A stretch of DNA of 64,000 bases from Octopus bimaculoides (GCF_001194135.2 NC_068989.1:82156822-82220821), one strand, 5' to 3'. Positions 23,381 through 37,149 are shown, counted from the first letter of the stretch. The notes: a model not told the origin generated them from the sequence alone. Translations and numbers: made by a program.

Positions 23381-24019
23381 TTGACAGCTATTTTTAGCAG
23401 GTTGAATAACCATATAAAGGACTGAAATAAACTGACACCGTTGTCACCATCAGCCAAAATAATCCAAGAAGAGAGCTTCTACATGGTTACTCAATCTACA
23501 GAGATAGCAGTCAAAGCTTCCTAAAAAACAACAACAAAAAAGGAAGTACAAGAGAATGTGTTTGTGATACATGAAAAGGCTCCAGTGTACTCTGCAAAGT
23601 AGTTGGTGCTAGGAAGGGTAACCAACCACAGAAACCCTGCCAAAGCAGACATTGGAGCTTGGTAAAGTTCTCTGGCTTGCCAGCACCTGTCAAACCGTCC
23701 AACCCATGCCAGCAGGGAAAACAGATGTTAAACGGTGATGGTGATGATAAATGTACTCCAAGACATATGATTGAAATGGACAGGGTTGTCATGGCTCGAA
23801 TGACTTTTACAGGTTTATTCAATCAGAAATAACCTGTGGATTTACAAAAAAACAACAGGAACCAACAGAAAGTGGGTGGGGGTTGTGGTGGGGGTGGTAA
23901 TAGTGGAGAAGTGTGTGTGTGGGGAGGGAATCAAAGGAAGGCTCTCTAAAGATTAACTGATTAATTAATTAATCAGTGCAGGTTGTTGCCAATGGTTACA
24001 GAAAGAACTTGAAGAGAAC

Positions 24020-24024
24020 GCGAT

Positions 24025-24062
<38 letters not shown>

Positions 24063-24226
24063 TATATTAAACCGTTAATATATGCCCATTACCATATATT
24101 GTCATCATCATCATCATCATCAATCATTATTATTATTATTATTATTATTTAAATATTTTTGTTTAATGTACTGCACCTCAGAAATCTTATGTTTCTAGTA
24201 ACACACTAGGGGATATAAATAAACTA

Positions 24227-24257
<31 letters not shown>

Positions 24258-24263
24258 GCAATG

Positions 24264-24304
<41 letters not shown>

Positions 24305-24320
24305 GATAATAATAATTAAA
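24020..24320. repeat. Compound trinucleotide microsatellites (TAG)n, (CAT)n, (TAT)n, (GAT)n, (TAA)n
   Basis: Read directly from the sequence. Confidence 0.9.
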
Positions 24321-24710
24321 GGAGTCAACTAGTGTATAGACAGGCGAGGCTATCTGTAGAATTATGGTTGTGAATATGTGTACATATATAAACAAGCAAA
24401 AGTATATATAGAATGTGTGTGGGACTGTGTGTATGTATATAAATAACTGAGTGAGAATATAAAATCGTGTATGCGGATGTGTATGTGTCAATAGACAAAA
24501 GAGGATGTATAAAAAATTGTGTGTGAATGTGTGTATGTATAGACAGAGGAGGGTATATATAGATTTGTGTGTGTGAATATGTATATAGGCAAGTTAGGAT
24601 GTTTACAGAATTGTGTTAGTGTATGTAAGTATTGAGACAGTCTGAGGGTGTATATGGAATATTGTGTGCGTGTGTGTGTGTCAATGTGGTTGCATGTAAG
24701 CAAGTGAGGG

Positions 24711-24742
<32 letters not shown>

Positions 24743-25745
24743 ACTGCATATATAGACAGACAGGTATGTAGAAATGTGTGTGTGTGAAAGTGTTTCTTTA
24801 TATAAGTAGGTGAAGATGTATATAGAACTGTGTTTGTGAAAATGCGAGTATACATATGTGTGTATGTGAAAGTGTGTATGTATACGTAGACAGAAGAGAA
24901 TGATGAGAGAGAGAGAGAGAGATCATCATCATCATCATCATCATCATCATTGTCATCAAAATATTTTCTATATTTTGCAGTTATTTTTAATTGATGTTAG
25001 CACCAGTCTGTATCCACCTCCACATATGTGTGTGTGTGTGTGTGTGTGTGTATGAGTGTGTGTATGTATGAATGTATGTGTAAATGTACATGTATCTTCA
25101 CATGTGTATGCATGTATGTGTGTGTATGTGTGTATGTCTAGATGTATATGTATGCATGTGTCGGTATACCAACAGACTTGCTTCCATACTTCCTCAGTAA
25201 CAAAAATAATCATCTCTTACATAGCAGAAGGGGAGGGGTAAGAGGGGTGATATTAGAAGTGGTGGTGGTGTGTTGGTGTCTGTGACTTTCCCCAATTACA
25301 TTACTGATATGAATTGGAAGAGAAAAAAAAAAAGAGATCACGCAACCATTCGTATGTCAGAATCTCACCTCAAAATAATGGTGCGTGGGACATCTTTCTT
25401 TAAATCGAGGAAATATATAACCCACCCTGTAAATATGTTGAATTCTCGATGAGTTGGTCACAGCTGAAATCTTGTTTTTCTTTCTTAAGATACCTGACAA
25501 CATGTCAGGTATAAAACTGGTTTACCTACCCATCATATGACACATATACATAGTCACGTGAAGCTCAAAGACAAGATAAGAGATGCCAAACCAAAATGCT
25601 CACCAAAAGTTAGTCCCCATCTGACAGACACATACACATATGTACACATAGTTTTCATGCTAGTCAGTGGAAACTGTACAAGTGGAGATAAAGATGTGCC
25701 AAACAGGTTTACCATTATTCTTGTGATTCAGAAGAAATCGCTTTT

Positions 25746-25780
25746 ACTCACCTGAAAGAGACAAAAAAAATGAGTAAATT
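25746..25780 (-). other. Candidate recursive splice site (3' splice site fused directly to a 5' splice site)
   Basis: Minus strand AATTTACTCATTTTTTTTGTCTCTTTCAG|GTGAGT: branch-like TACTCAT with A at -20, a long pyrimidine tract, CAG, then a consensus GTGAGT. Confidence 0.55.
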
Positions 25781-26644
25781 AAATCACCTTTTCAACATTG
25801 GATTAACAAAGAAACACATAACAACCAAACAGAATTGGTAAATTTCACTAAACTATAAGAGTACAGATGAATGGGTGCACCACTGTGTAGTCACTTGTAT
25901 GCTAGAAATAATAGACAAATCTTCTTCAAATTACATCTTACTGTCACAATAAAAAAAAAGGATTCATTGGATACTGTAGGCCATTGTCTAGCTTCCACCA
26001 CAAAGGGGTAGTCATGGTTGGAATGACTTTCATTATAGAGCTGACAGGACAGGATTGACCTAGTGCTCAACAACAACACAATATCTATAATAGTATCCAG
26101 TAGAGGAGCAAGGCTGACCTGGGGTTAAATAACAACAAACCTACAATAATATCAATAGAAAACCAATGTTGAGAGAGGATTAACTCTTTAGCAGGCATGT
26201 CAAACTGTAGCGTCTTTAAGGGCCACATTGCTCACAAACATGTTGTCACGGGAGCTGCATATTTTTAAACACTCGTTTACAACAAAGATTTCTGTCATAT
26301 CAATTCTTTATTATTAAGTAAAAAATATTTAAAAATCTTTTATTTGCTCATCAATAGTGCAATTTTTATTTGTGACACTAACCATCCTGTCAATGATCTT
26401 GATGTCCCCAGTTTATTATACTATCTTTCACTCAAGATACTATATGACCCAACAAACTGACCAGTATCCAATCACCAAGTGGCTGTTTGGTTAGAAGTTT
26501 GCTTCCCAATCCTGTAGTCTTGGGTTTATTCCCACTATGTGGCACCTTTGGCAATTATCTTCAACTATAGTCCCAATCCAACCAAAGGCTTATGAGTAGA
26601 TTTGGTAGAAGGAAACTGAAAGATGTGTGTATGTATGTATCTGT

Positions 26645-26990
26645 TATCATCATCATCGTTTAATGTCCGTTTTCCATGCTGGCATGGGATGGATGGTTTG
26701 ACTGGGGACTGGCAAGCCAGGAGGCCTCACTAGGCTCCAATCTGATCTGGCAATGTTTCTACAGCTAGATGCCCTTCCTAATGCCAACCACTCAGAGTGT
26801 AGTGGGTGCTTTTTACATGCCACCGGCACGGGAAGCCAGTGAGGCAGCATTGACAATGACCCACGCATGAATGGTGCTTATTGCGTGCCACCAGCACGGG
26901 AAGCCAGTGAGGCAGCATTGACAATGACCCACGCATGAATGGTGCTTATTGTGTGCCACCAGCACGAGAGCCTTTCTGTTTGTTCCTCTC
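26645..26990 (-). mobile_element. SINE family C with an internal tandem duplication
   Basis: (CAT)n tail. The block GGCACGGGAAGCCAGTGAGGCAGCATTGACAATGACCCACGCATGAATGGTGCTTATTG is duplicated. Confidence 0.85.
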
Positions 26991-27830
26991 ACCACTGTTT
27001 GAAACTGGTCTTGGCTTGTCTATGTGTCATAACTTAGTGGTTTGGCATAAAAGACTGATAGAATGAATACCAGCTAAAAAAAAAAAAAAAAAAATTGGGG
27101 TTAATTTGTTTGACTAAGCCCTTTAAAGTGGTGCCCCAGCATGGCCACAGTCCAATGTAAAACAAGTAAAAGATAAACAATAAAAGACGAGTAAAAGTTT
27201 ACTGAAATAAACTTTAATCAATAAGTAACAATTGCATTGCTCCAGCATGGTCAGAGCCAGTTGACTGAAACAAGTAAAACAACAAATTTTAATAAATTGT
27301 GAAATAAATTGACGTCGCACAGAAAAGGTTAATAATTCTGGATTTTATAACTGAAGGTAATAGACACACACGCACACACACACATATATACACACATGCA
27401 TACACATACATACAAACATAAACACACACGTATATACAAAAACTCTGCTTCCGTTAACAATTCCGGCAGGAATCTCGCTATCAGATAGCAGCTGTTCTAA
27501 ATAGATTTACCTTTTAGTTTACACTATTCCTTGATGTTACCCCAGGGTATACTGCACACAAAAAAACAAACAAACAAACAAACAAAAACAAAACAAAACA
27601 AACAAAATCACAGTACAAATCATTGAAAAATAAACAAATTTTCTATTAAAAGCATAAAATTAATATTGTTGTTGTTGTTATTGCCTCATGGCAGGGTTTA
27701 AAAAAAAAATATATTATCTGAATCCATTTATTAATTGAAATGAAAATAATGTCAGCAAGCTGTGTTTATATTTTGGGGTTCAAGGATTCTTCACTTTCAA
27801 TAGTGGCAGGAGATACATTTCAATAGTTAC

Positions 27831-28220
27831 TGAAGAAAATCCAATAGATTAACCCACTAGATTAATGATAATCCACTGGGGTAATACAATAGACAATCTA
27901 CTAGATTAACATATTAGACTGATAATCTATTGTGTTAAACACATTATATTGAAGATAATCCATTAGGTTAACACATTAAACTGCTAATAATTCACTGGGT
28001 TAACATATTATATTGGAAATAATTTATGAGGTTAACACTCAAGTGCTGATCCACAAGGTTAACCCATCAGATTAATGACAGTCCATAGGGTTAACACTAA
28101 ATTCCTGAATTAGCACTTCAAATTGAAGATAATCCAGTAGTTTAACACTGGGTTAACACAGATAATCCACTAGTTTAATATGTTAGATAATCCACTTGGC
28201 TAATAGTAGATTGATAATGA
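27831..28220. repeat. Degenerate minisatellite of about 30-bp units (GATAATCCACTGGGTTAACACATTAGA-like)
   Basis: GATAATCC and GTTAACAC motifs recur more than 10 times. Confidence 0.75.
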
Positions 28221-29114
28221 ACAAATGTAACATTCTGATTACAAATGAAGTATGAAATCAATTCACCTACAATTTATTCATTAATCTACAATTAATGAAG
28301 TTGCTTCATTAAGTCCTTCACTTCCAAATTATTAACCAAAATGGAAGCAGCCAAAGAGAGAGTATTGTTTTTCACAAACTGTGATAGATTTGGCAATAGA
28401 AAGAGTATGTAATGTAAATGTTGTTTCACTTCAGTTCAACCATAATCCAGCAGATCACCAATGATCAAAGATTTTCCAGTTCACTGAGCTCTAAGTAGGT
28501 ACCCACAAGATGAAACAACTGACCATCAAAGTAACATCCAGCACTTTGTTAGGTCTTATTTCCACTTAGGCCCTGGTAGAACTGTTCTGTGGGAGGAATT
28601 GAATCCATCGCTACAAACAAACAAAACGCTCAACAATTATATGATGCTCCCCACTTTTGTTGTTTAGTCGCATATCAGCCTTGATTGAACAAACTTTTGA
28701 TCAAGATCATTCTAGAAATGACCATGTTGGGTTGTCCGACATTGTTTATCTTGGATTATACTACCTGTTCGTCTTTTACAAGACAGTAGGGTGTTGGTAG
28801 AGTGTAATTTGAAAAATATTTGGCTGTTATTTCCAGCAGATTGAATGGTGACATAGGAGCTCCATCATTGGTTTGATCTCCTCCCCACCCTGCCACCTGC
28901 TCCTTTGTTTACAGCAAGTGCTCAACACCACATCGGTGGATAAATATTATTTATTTGTGGATTAACAAGGCAGCCAATAGTTTCATGTGGAAGAGATTTT
29001 CAAAATTGTTTAAGCTCACCACATTGTAATCTTGGTACTCATCTCCATTTTGGATGGGAAAAGGAGAAACATGTGTAGTGTGTGTGTGTATATATATATG
29101 TATGCATATTGAGC

Positions 29115-29335
29115 GAGATCGTTGCCAGTGCCCCTGGACTGGCTCTTGTGCGGGTGGCACATAAAATACACCATTTTGAGCATGGCCGTTGCCAGTACCG
29201 CCTGACTGGCCTTTGTGCCGGTGGCACGTAAAAGCACCCACTACACTCTCAGAGTGGTTGGCGTTAGGAAGGGCATCCAGCTGTAGAAACTCTGCCAAAT
29301 CAGATTGGAGCCTGGTGTAGCCATCTGGCATTTGA
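29115..29335 (+). mobile_element. SINE family C fragment
   Basis: Near-identical to 55140-55460. Confidence 0.85.
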
Positions 29336-29976
29336 AACATTCCTGTCACAACATGGGACCTTGAAGACTGCTAAAATGCAAGAAAGTATAATAGTCCTTT
29401 AATATTTAGTATTCAATATTTCATTTATTCAATAAGACAATCAATACTTCATTTCATTTTACTATACATACTATATATTCCATATTCTATATCCTACATT
29501 AATATTATAAGAATATAAATAAAACATAAAAAACAGAGTTGGAATTCTTTTGAATAATANNNNNNNNNNNNNNNNNNNNNNNNNNNNNNNNNNNNNNNNN
29601 NNNNNNNNNNNNNNNNNNNNNNNNNNNNNNNNNNNNNNNNNNNNNNNNNNNNNNNNNNNNNNNNNNNNNNNNNNNNNNNNNNNNNNNNNNNNNNNNNNNN
29701 NNNNNNNNNNNNNNNNNNNNNNNNNNNNNNNNNNNNNNNNNNNNNNNNNNNNNNNNNNNNNNNNNNNNNNNNNNNNNNNNNNNNNNNNNNNNNNNNNNNN
29801 NNNNNNNNNNNNNNNNNNNNNNNNNNNNNNNNNNNNNNNNNNNNNNNNNNNNNNNNNNNNNNNNNNNNNNNNNNNNNNNNNNNNNNNNNNNNNNNNNNNN
29901 NNNNNNNNNNNNNNNNNNNNNNNNNNNNNNNNNNNNNNNNNNNNNNNNNNNNNNNNNNNNNNNNNNNNNNNNNNNN

Positions 29977-30016
<40 letters not shown>

Positions 30017-30689
30017 ATGGGCTTCTTTCTGTTAAACAAACCCACTCGCAAGGCCTTCGTCAGGCTGGAACTTTAATAGAAGACACTATACCAAAGTGCC
30101 ACACAATGGAATTGAACCCAGAACCATGTGGTTGAGAAGCAAACTTCTTACCTCACAGCCACGCCTGTGAGTATGTATTGCCTGTACAAGGTATATCTTC
30201 ATGTACTGCGTATAAAAGGCATGTTTTAACATACATCTTGAAGTATCATTATCATGTTGCTAGCAGTTTTCATACAAGTTTCAACTGTACCACCAGTGCA
30301 CTTCTGCATTTCTGAGATGCGTGCAGGATTATATTCTGGCGATATAGAAAAGTGTTTGTGTACTATAGGAGTTTTGCATTGTTGTGGGGGTGTATTTTGT
30401 TGTTTCTGATGTTATTTTAGGGTTTCATCGGTTTGTTATGTAGAATATGTGTGGATTTTGTATGTGTCGTGTGGGAGTGTTGAACTGCTGGAGTATGTGT
30501 GTGTGTGTGAGCTGAGTTATATTGTTAGTGCATGTATGTGTATGTTATAGTGTTCCTCTGTGTGTGTGTCTGTTTGATGTGTTATAATACTGCTGTGTGT
30601 GTGTGTGTGGAGTAATTGTGCATCAGTTTCAGATGTTAATTATATGAATGTATGTGTCGTGTTATCTTATTGACTGGTATGATAATTCC

Positions 30690-31410
30690 AACACTGAAAG
30701 TACCTACCCAAGGTTAAGGGCTATAATTGTTACTTAGGGTCCTTATATATAGTGAATCTACCCAAGCTCAAGAGTTTTAGAAGTTACTTAGGGTTCTTAA
30801 GTGCACTGAATCTACCCTAGGCTACAGTTATAATACTTAGGGGCCAACAGTGAATCTACCTCAGGTTAAGGGCTGTAATTGTTATCTTACATATAGTGAA
30901 TCTACCCCAGGTTAAGGGCTGTAGAAGTTACTTAGGGTCCTTACACACACTGAAATCACCCAAAGTTAAGGGCTATAATTTGTACTTAGGGTCCTGATCT
31001 ACAGTGAATCTACTCAAGCTTAAGGACTGTAGTTGTTGCTTAGGGTCCTTACAAACACTAAATCTACCCCCAGGTTAAGAGCTGCAATAGTTGGTTAGAG
31101 ACCTTACATTCCCTAAATCCAAGGAGCTAAACATAGAGGGGACAAACAAGGACAGACAAAGAGATTAAGTCGATTACATCAACCCCAGTGCGTAACTGGT
31201 ACTTAATTTATCGACCTCGAAAGGATGAAAGGTAAAGTTGACCTTGCCAGATTTTGAACTCAGAACGCAACGGCAGACGAAATACCGCTAAGCATTTCGC
31301 CCGGCGTGCTAATGTTTCTGCCACCTCGCCGCCTTAAAATTCTAAATCTACCCCAAGTTAAGGGCTATAATTTGTACTTAAGGTCCTTACGTACAGTGAC
31401 TCTACACAAC
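30690..31410. repeat. Minisatellite of about 51-bp units (GTGAATCTACCCAAGTTAAGGGCTATAATTGTTACTTAGGGTCCTTAC) interrupted by a SINE A copy at 31119-31333 (minus)
   Basis: About 9-10 degenerate units. The array resumes after the SINE. Confidence 0.85.
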
Positions 31411-31769
31411 CAAGTTTGGAATTATTTTCAGTTTCTGTTTTTTTAACAAAGAACAGAACTTTGGAAATTCTTTCAATTACTTTTTAAACATTATCAATTA
31501 GGATTTCCTTAACTGAAATATAGTAATTTAATCTAAGAAAAGTATTTTTACATTTAATTTAGACAAAAAATAATAATATATAAAAAAAAAACCTTCACAA
31601 CAAAAATTATATTTTTGTAAATACCTAATTTGTGCTGAAATATTTTAAAGTTGTTTTCTTTGAAATTTAAGATCTAAACTAATTGCAAAACTATTTAGTT
31701 GAAACTTTTGATTGATTAATTATAGTTGACCAATCAAGAACAGGAACTAAGTGGGGATCAGGAATAAAA

Positions 31770-32770
31770 GTACTCTGCTATTGGATGAAATGCTTAGCAA
31801 TATTTCACCCCTTGCTACATTCTGAGTTCAAATTCTGCTGAGGTCGACTTTGCCTTTCGTCCTTTTGAGGTCAGTACATTAAGGTTGATGTAATCGACTA
31901 GTCCCCTCCCCACCAAGTTTCAGGCCTTGTGCCTTTAGCAGAAAGGATTATTATTATTACTATTAAGGCAGTGAGCTGGCAGAATCATTAGCATGCTGGG
32001 CAAAATACTTAGCGGCATTTCATCTGTATCTATGTTCTGAGTTCAAACTCTGCTGAGGTCGACTCTGTCTTTCATCTTTTTGGGGTTGATAAATTAAGTA
32101 CCGGTGAAACACTGGGGTTAATGTAATTGACTAGTCCCCTCCCCACAAATTTCAGGCCTTGTGCCTTAAGTAGAAACGCTTATTATTACTACTATTATTA
32201 TTATTATGGACGTCGCGAGAAGTTGTTCATTGAAGATATTGTGTCTACTGGGGGTTTGTACTGTTTGTCAAGTCACAACAAGGACCTCAGACAGACAGTA
32301 CCTTTTGCAGTAGAAAATATTATTATTATTATTATTATATTATTATTATTATTATTGTATTTGTTCTGGCTCTTAACATTCTGAGTTCAAGTCACACTGA
32401 GATCATATTTGCCTTTCATCTTCTGAGGTCACTAAAAGTACCAAATCAAGTACTGGTATTGATGTAATCGACTAGACCACCTCCCCTGAACTGCAGGCCT
32501 TAGGCTATTATTAGTAACAAATATTCTTAGTGTTGTTCTTGTGTTTTGTTGTTAAAGAAACAAGCTGGCAGAATAACTGAAGCATCAGGAAAAATGCCTT
32601 GCATTATTTCTTCTAGTTTGTTACATTCTGAGCTCAAATTCCACTGGGGTCAACTTTCTCTTTCATCCTTTTGGGGTTGATAAAATAAAGTACCAGTCAA
32701 GTACTAGAGTTGAAAGTACTGACAGAAACCTCTCCCTCAAATTTATGATCTTGTACCTATGCTAGAAACA
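31770..32770 (+). mobile_element. Cluster of 4 degenerate SINE family A copies with (TAT)n spacers
   Basis: Repeated TTCTGAGTTCAAA..GTCGACTTTGCCTTTC core. Confidence 0.75.
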
Positions 32771-33429
32771 TTGATATTGCTTTATCTGATGAATTATTTA
32801 GGGGCAAAGCCAGAATGTAAACCTTTTTTGCCTCTTATCTTCACCATTATCATCACTTAACATCCATTTTCCATGCTGGCATGGCTTGGCCAGCTGGAGA
32901 GCTGCACCAGGTTCCAATTGTCTGTTCTGGCATGATTTCTATGGCTGGATGCTCATCCTAATGCTAACCACTTTACAGAGTGTACTGGGCACTTTTTATA
33001 TGGCACCAGCATGGATGCTTTTTATGCGACACCTCTGGTTAATTATTGGTAGTGGTGAGTGATGTAAGTTATCCTTAGATTAGAAACCTGGCTCAAATGC
33101 TTGCAGCAGTGTGAACTATGCTAAAGGCATCACGGCCCAGGTCTAAGTGCTAATCTGAATGATGGAATATGTCATCTGGCAAAATTGGTAGAGCAACAGA
33201 AAAAGTACCTGATGGTATTTAGTTCGAACCCATTACATTCTGAGTTCTTATGAAGATGAAAGGTCAAAATTGACCTCCATGGCCAATTTTGACCTTTCAT
33301 CTTCCCAAGGGTAGATGATGATGATATCATCACCATAATCATTATCATCATCATAACTTTATTTTTTCCTACTTGCATGAGTTGGGAAGGTCTTGTTGCA
33401 CCAACATTTTGTGTTGCACTGTTTTCGTG

Positions 33430-34450
33430 TTTGTTTCGTCTACAAGATTCACCATCCAGCAATCAGCTAAATTTTCCTTTTCTGAAAATTCCTTCTGTTT
33501 AGATTCACTGATGCCATTTTTATCCAACTGTCATCTTACACATGCATCACGTAGCCATACCATCAAAGTCTTTTCTTTTGCTTACTACACCTGATTCTCT
33601 ATATCCAGTTTTTTCTTTTTACTCTCAGTTCATTTCTACTTCATCATTTATCTACACTAAAATTACACACCAACGGAGCATGTTCAACTCATTTCTTTTC
33701 TACTTCTACAGTCAATTCCCATGTTTCACAACCATTCAGCATCACTAGAATCCCTTTGGTACTAGCAGAGGTGATAGTTACCTGAACTTTTCCCATCCCA
33801 TTCTTACTCTGGCTACTCTCCTATCAGAACATTCACCTTCACAGTTAATTAGGTTACCTAGGTAGTCAAAACTATCAACTACTTCTAGGGAGTCCAGCAA
33901 GCTTTTCAAAGAATTTCCTTCACATATGCTTTCACAGCTAACTACTCCTGTACATCTGTCATACATGAAGCCTGCCTTCTCTGCTAGCTTGCTGATCTCA
34001 CTACACATCTTGTACACTCACAATTTTCATTGGGCACACCATATGGAATTCCTTCCTTCCCACTCTCTTTTTGCATATCAAACATGGACATTTTCCAAAG
34101 GGTAGCAGAGTCCTGTCACTAATTAAAATCTATATCTTCACTAGGTTTACCTGGAAACCTCTTTTTCTATATTTTGTTTCCATGTTTAGAATTTCATCTC
34201 TAAATTTTGGTTCTTAGTTGAATCTCAGCTGCTGGAATCAAAATGTGGTTATCCAAATCTTGACTCAAACAGCTAAGATTTAGTTGTTAGATCCAAGTCA
34301 TTAGCATACAGGAGTTCCCATGGTCAGCTGTTAAAATCTGGAATGAATAATAGTGAGCTGAAAACCAAGCCCTGATGAACTCCTGTTTAATTGCAATCTA
34401 AATTCCTTGCTGAATTCATTGACAATATCACTTTGTTGACAGCTCTCACA
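33430..34450 (-). mobile_element. RTE-clade LINE reverse-transcriptase remnant
   Basis: Minus-strand GVHQGLVFSSLLFI, PWELLYAND (degenerate YADD) and LEVVDSFDYLGNLINCEGECSDRRVARVRMGWEKFR, followed by a degraded LxGCETW...MLRW segment. Many stops and frameshifts. Confidence 0.85.
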
Positions 34451-34546
34451 AGCCATTCATCAAAACCAATTTTCTTAGTAATCACCAAACTACAGAGCAT
34501 AGTACTCAGTTAGAGGACTTCTCCGTATCAACAAATGCTAAATATA

Positions 34547-34956
34547 GGCGCAAGAGTGGCTGTGTGGTAAGTAGCTTGCTTACCAACCACATGGTTCTGG
34601 GTTCAGTCCCACTGCGTGGCACCTTGGACAAGTGTCTTCTACTATAGCCTCGGGCCGACTAAAGCCTTGTGAGTGGATTTGGTAGACGGAAACTGAAAGA
34701 AGCCCATCGTATATATGTATATATTCATATATATATGTATGTGTGTTTGTGTGTCTGTGTTTGTCCCCCAACATCACTTGACAACCGATGCTGGTGTGTT
34801 TATGCCCCCGTAACTTAGCGGTTCGGCAAAAAGAGACCAATAGAATAAGTACTAGGCTTCCAAAGAATAAGTCCTGGGGTTGATTTTCTCAACTAAAGGT
34901 GGTGCTCCAGCATGGCCACAGTCAAATGACTGAAACAAGTAAAAGAGTAAAAGAGT
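34547..34956 (+). mobile_element. SINE family B, full length
   Basis: Intact head GGCGCAAGAGTGGCTGTGTGG through the (AAAAGAGT)n tail. Confidence 0.92.
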
Positions 34957-35949
34957 ATAGGAACTTTTATAGTTGTCTCACTAGGAAGAGGACATCAGTA
35001 AGACCTTGCCTCAACCCTGAAATACACTTCAATCAAAGCTAATTTTCTTTCTAATTAGTTCTAATTAGTTCTAATTAGTTGTGCTTAATTTTCTCTTGCT
35101 TTTGCAATCTGGCTCATTTGTTTAATCCCCTTGTAGTGGCTTCTTTCTGGAGCAACTCCCTAAAAGCAGTTGAAGATGACAGATACCTCTACACAAGTCA
35201 TTGGGTAATATACAATACTAATTATCTACTGGAATAAATTAAATCAAATATAGCTCTCTTCAAAATATTTTGGCAACCTGCCAATGTCAGGCACCGCCAC
35301 CACCATCATCATCATCATTGTTTTGACAAGAAGTTCAGGTGTGTAACAGGATTGGTGTGTTATGACTAGTTACGTAATGGTTTATGAGAAAACTAACACA
35401 AGTTAGAAGAGACAGGGAAAGATTTTCAAGCATGAAATGGGATGGTTCCATCTCTCCCCCTCTCTCTCTCTGCCACTGAAATATAATTTTAGTTCTGTTA
35501 AGTAAGCTAACACATTGATCTATGTATGTAGGTGTTTGCATGAATGCATGCTTCTATGTGTCTATGTATGTGTGTGTGTATGTGTGTGAGAGTGTATGTG
35601 TGTCTGTGTGTGTGACTGTGTGGAAATGTATATTTGTATGTGCTTATATATTCAAACAGTAGTGGTATACAAATACAACTGTTGTGTGTGTGTGTGTGTT
35701 TTGACTAATTATATAGATTACTGCCTTTTAGAAATGTAAGGATTTTTTTCTTCTGTTATTTTTGCCACACACACACGCAGACACACACACACACACACAC
35801 ACACGCACAAATTCTCCAGAGATTTACAGGAAAAAAAACATGTATATAAATTCTTTGTACATATCATATACTTGGCATTACACACACACACATGTACATA
35901 CATATATTACACTATATGTAGATGATGATGTATACACATTCTCTCACAC

Positions 35950-35967
35950 TTTATATATGTATGTATG

Positions 35968-36028
<61 letters not shown>

Positions 36029-36308
36029 NNNNNNNNNNNNNNNNNNNNNNNNNNNNNNNNNNNNNNNNNNNNNNNNNNNNNNNNNNNNNNNNNNNNNNNN
36101 NNNNNNNNNNNNNNNNNNNNNNNNNNNNNNNNNNNNNNNNNNNNNNNNNNNNNNNNNNNNNNNNNNNNNNNNNNNNNNNNNNNNNNNNNNNNNNNNNNNN
36201 NNNNNNNNNNNNNNNNNNNNNNNNNNNNNNNNNNNNNNNNNNNNNNNNNNNNNNNNNNNNNNNNNNNNNNNNNNNNNNNNNNNNNNNNNNNNNNNNNNNN
36301 NNNNNNNN

Positions 36309-36365
<57 letters not shown>
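35950..36365. repeat. (TA)n and (CA)n microsatellites flanking the N gap 36029-36308
   Basis: Read directly. These explain the IYIY/HTHT ORFs. Confidence 0.95.
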
Positions 36366-36370
<5 letters not shown>

Positions 36371-37149
36371 GTACACACGCATTAAATGAATATTGTAATC
36401 ATCATCACCGTTGCTGATGATTTGATGCCTAATTATCCATACTTACATAGGTCAGAGAAAATTTGTTGAAGCAGATTTCTTTTGCAGCTGGATGCTCTTC
36501 CAGTTATCAACCCTCACCTGTTTTCAAGTAAGGTAATATTCTCCCGAGTCTGGATATTTTTCACAGAAGATTGCAAACAACACTGCTTGTATGATGGTGA
36601 TGTCTGTCTATAGCTAGCATGGGATATCAAACAAGGATGCATACACACAACAGACACAAGCATGTGCATTTCTGTCCATCATATTCACTCACAAGGCTTT
36701 GGTTGCCAGAGGCCATAGCAAAAAAGACTTACTGAAGGTAGCACCCAGTGGGGACTGAACACAAAGCATGGTTTAGTCTCACTGTGTTGCACAAAGCCAT
36801 GCCAGTACCCTCCCCCATATGTGTGTGTGTGTGCAGGGACTTTTGAATGAACTGTAGAGTATTGCTCCGGCAAATAAGATGTTAGAAAATCAAAAGCCAG
36901 CAGTCAAATCACAGTGCTAAGGACGTCCATGCTGTAAGTTCAATTAGTCGCCTGCAATTGCAAAAGGAGAATGGGAGCTATTGGACCAGAAAATAGTCCA
37001 GGAACTGGACGTGCTCATAGGGAAAGACACTCTAGAACACCAGCTAGCCATATTCGGAGACATTGTTTACACGAATTGCAGAGATGCCTATGGAGTAATA
37101 GATACAAAAGCGAAATTTTACTACTATATAAATATATATATCATAATCA

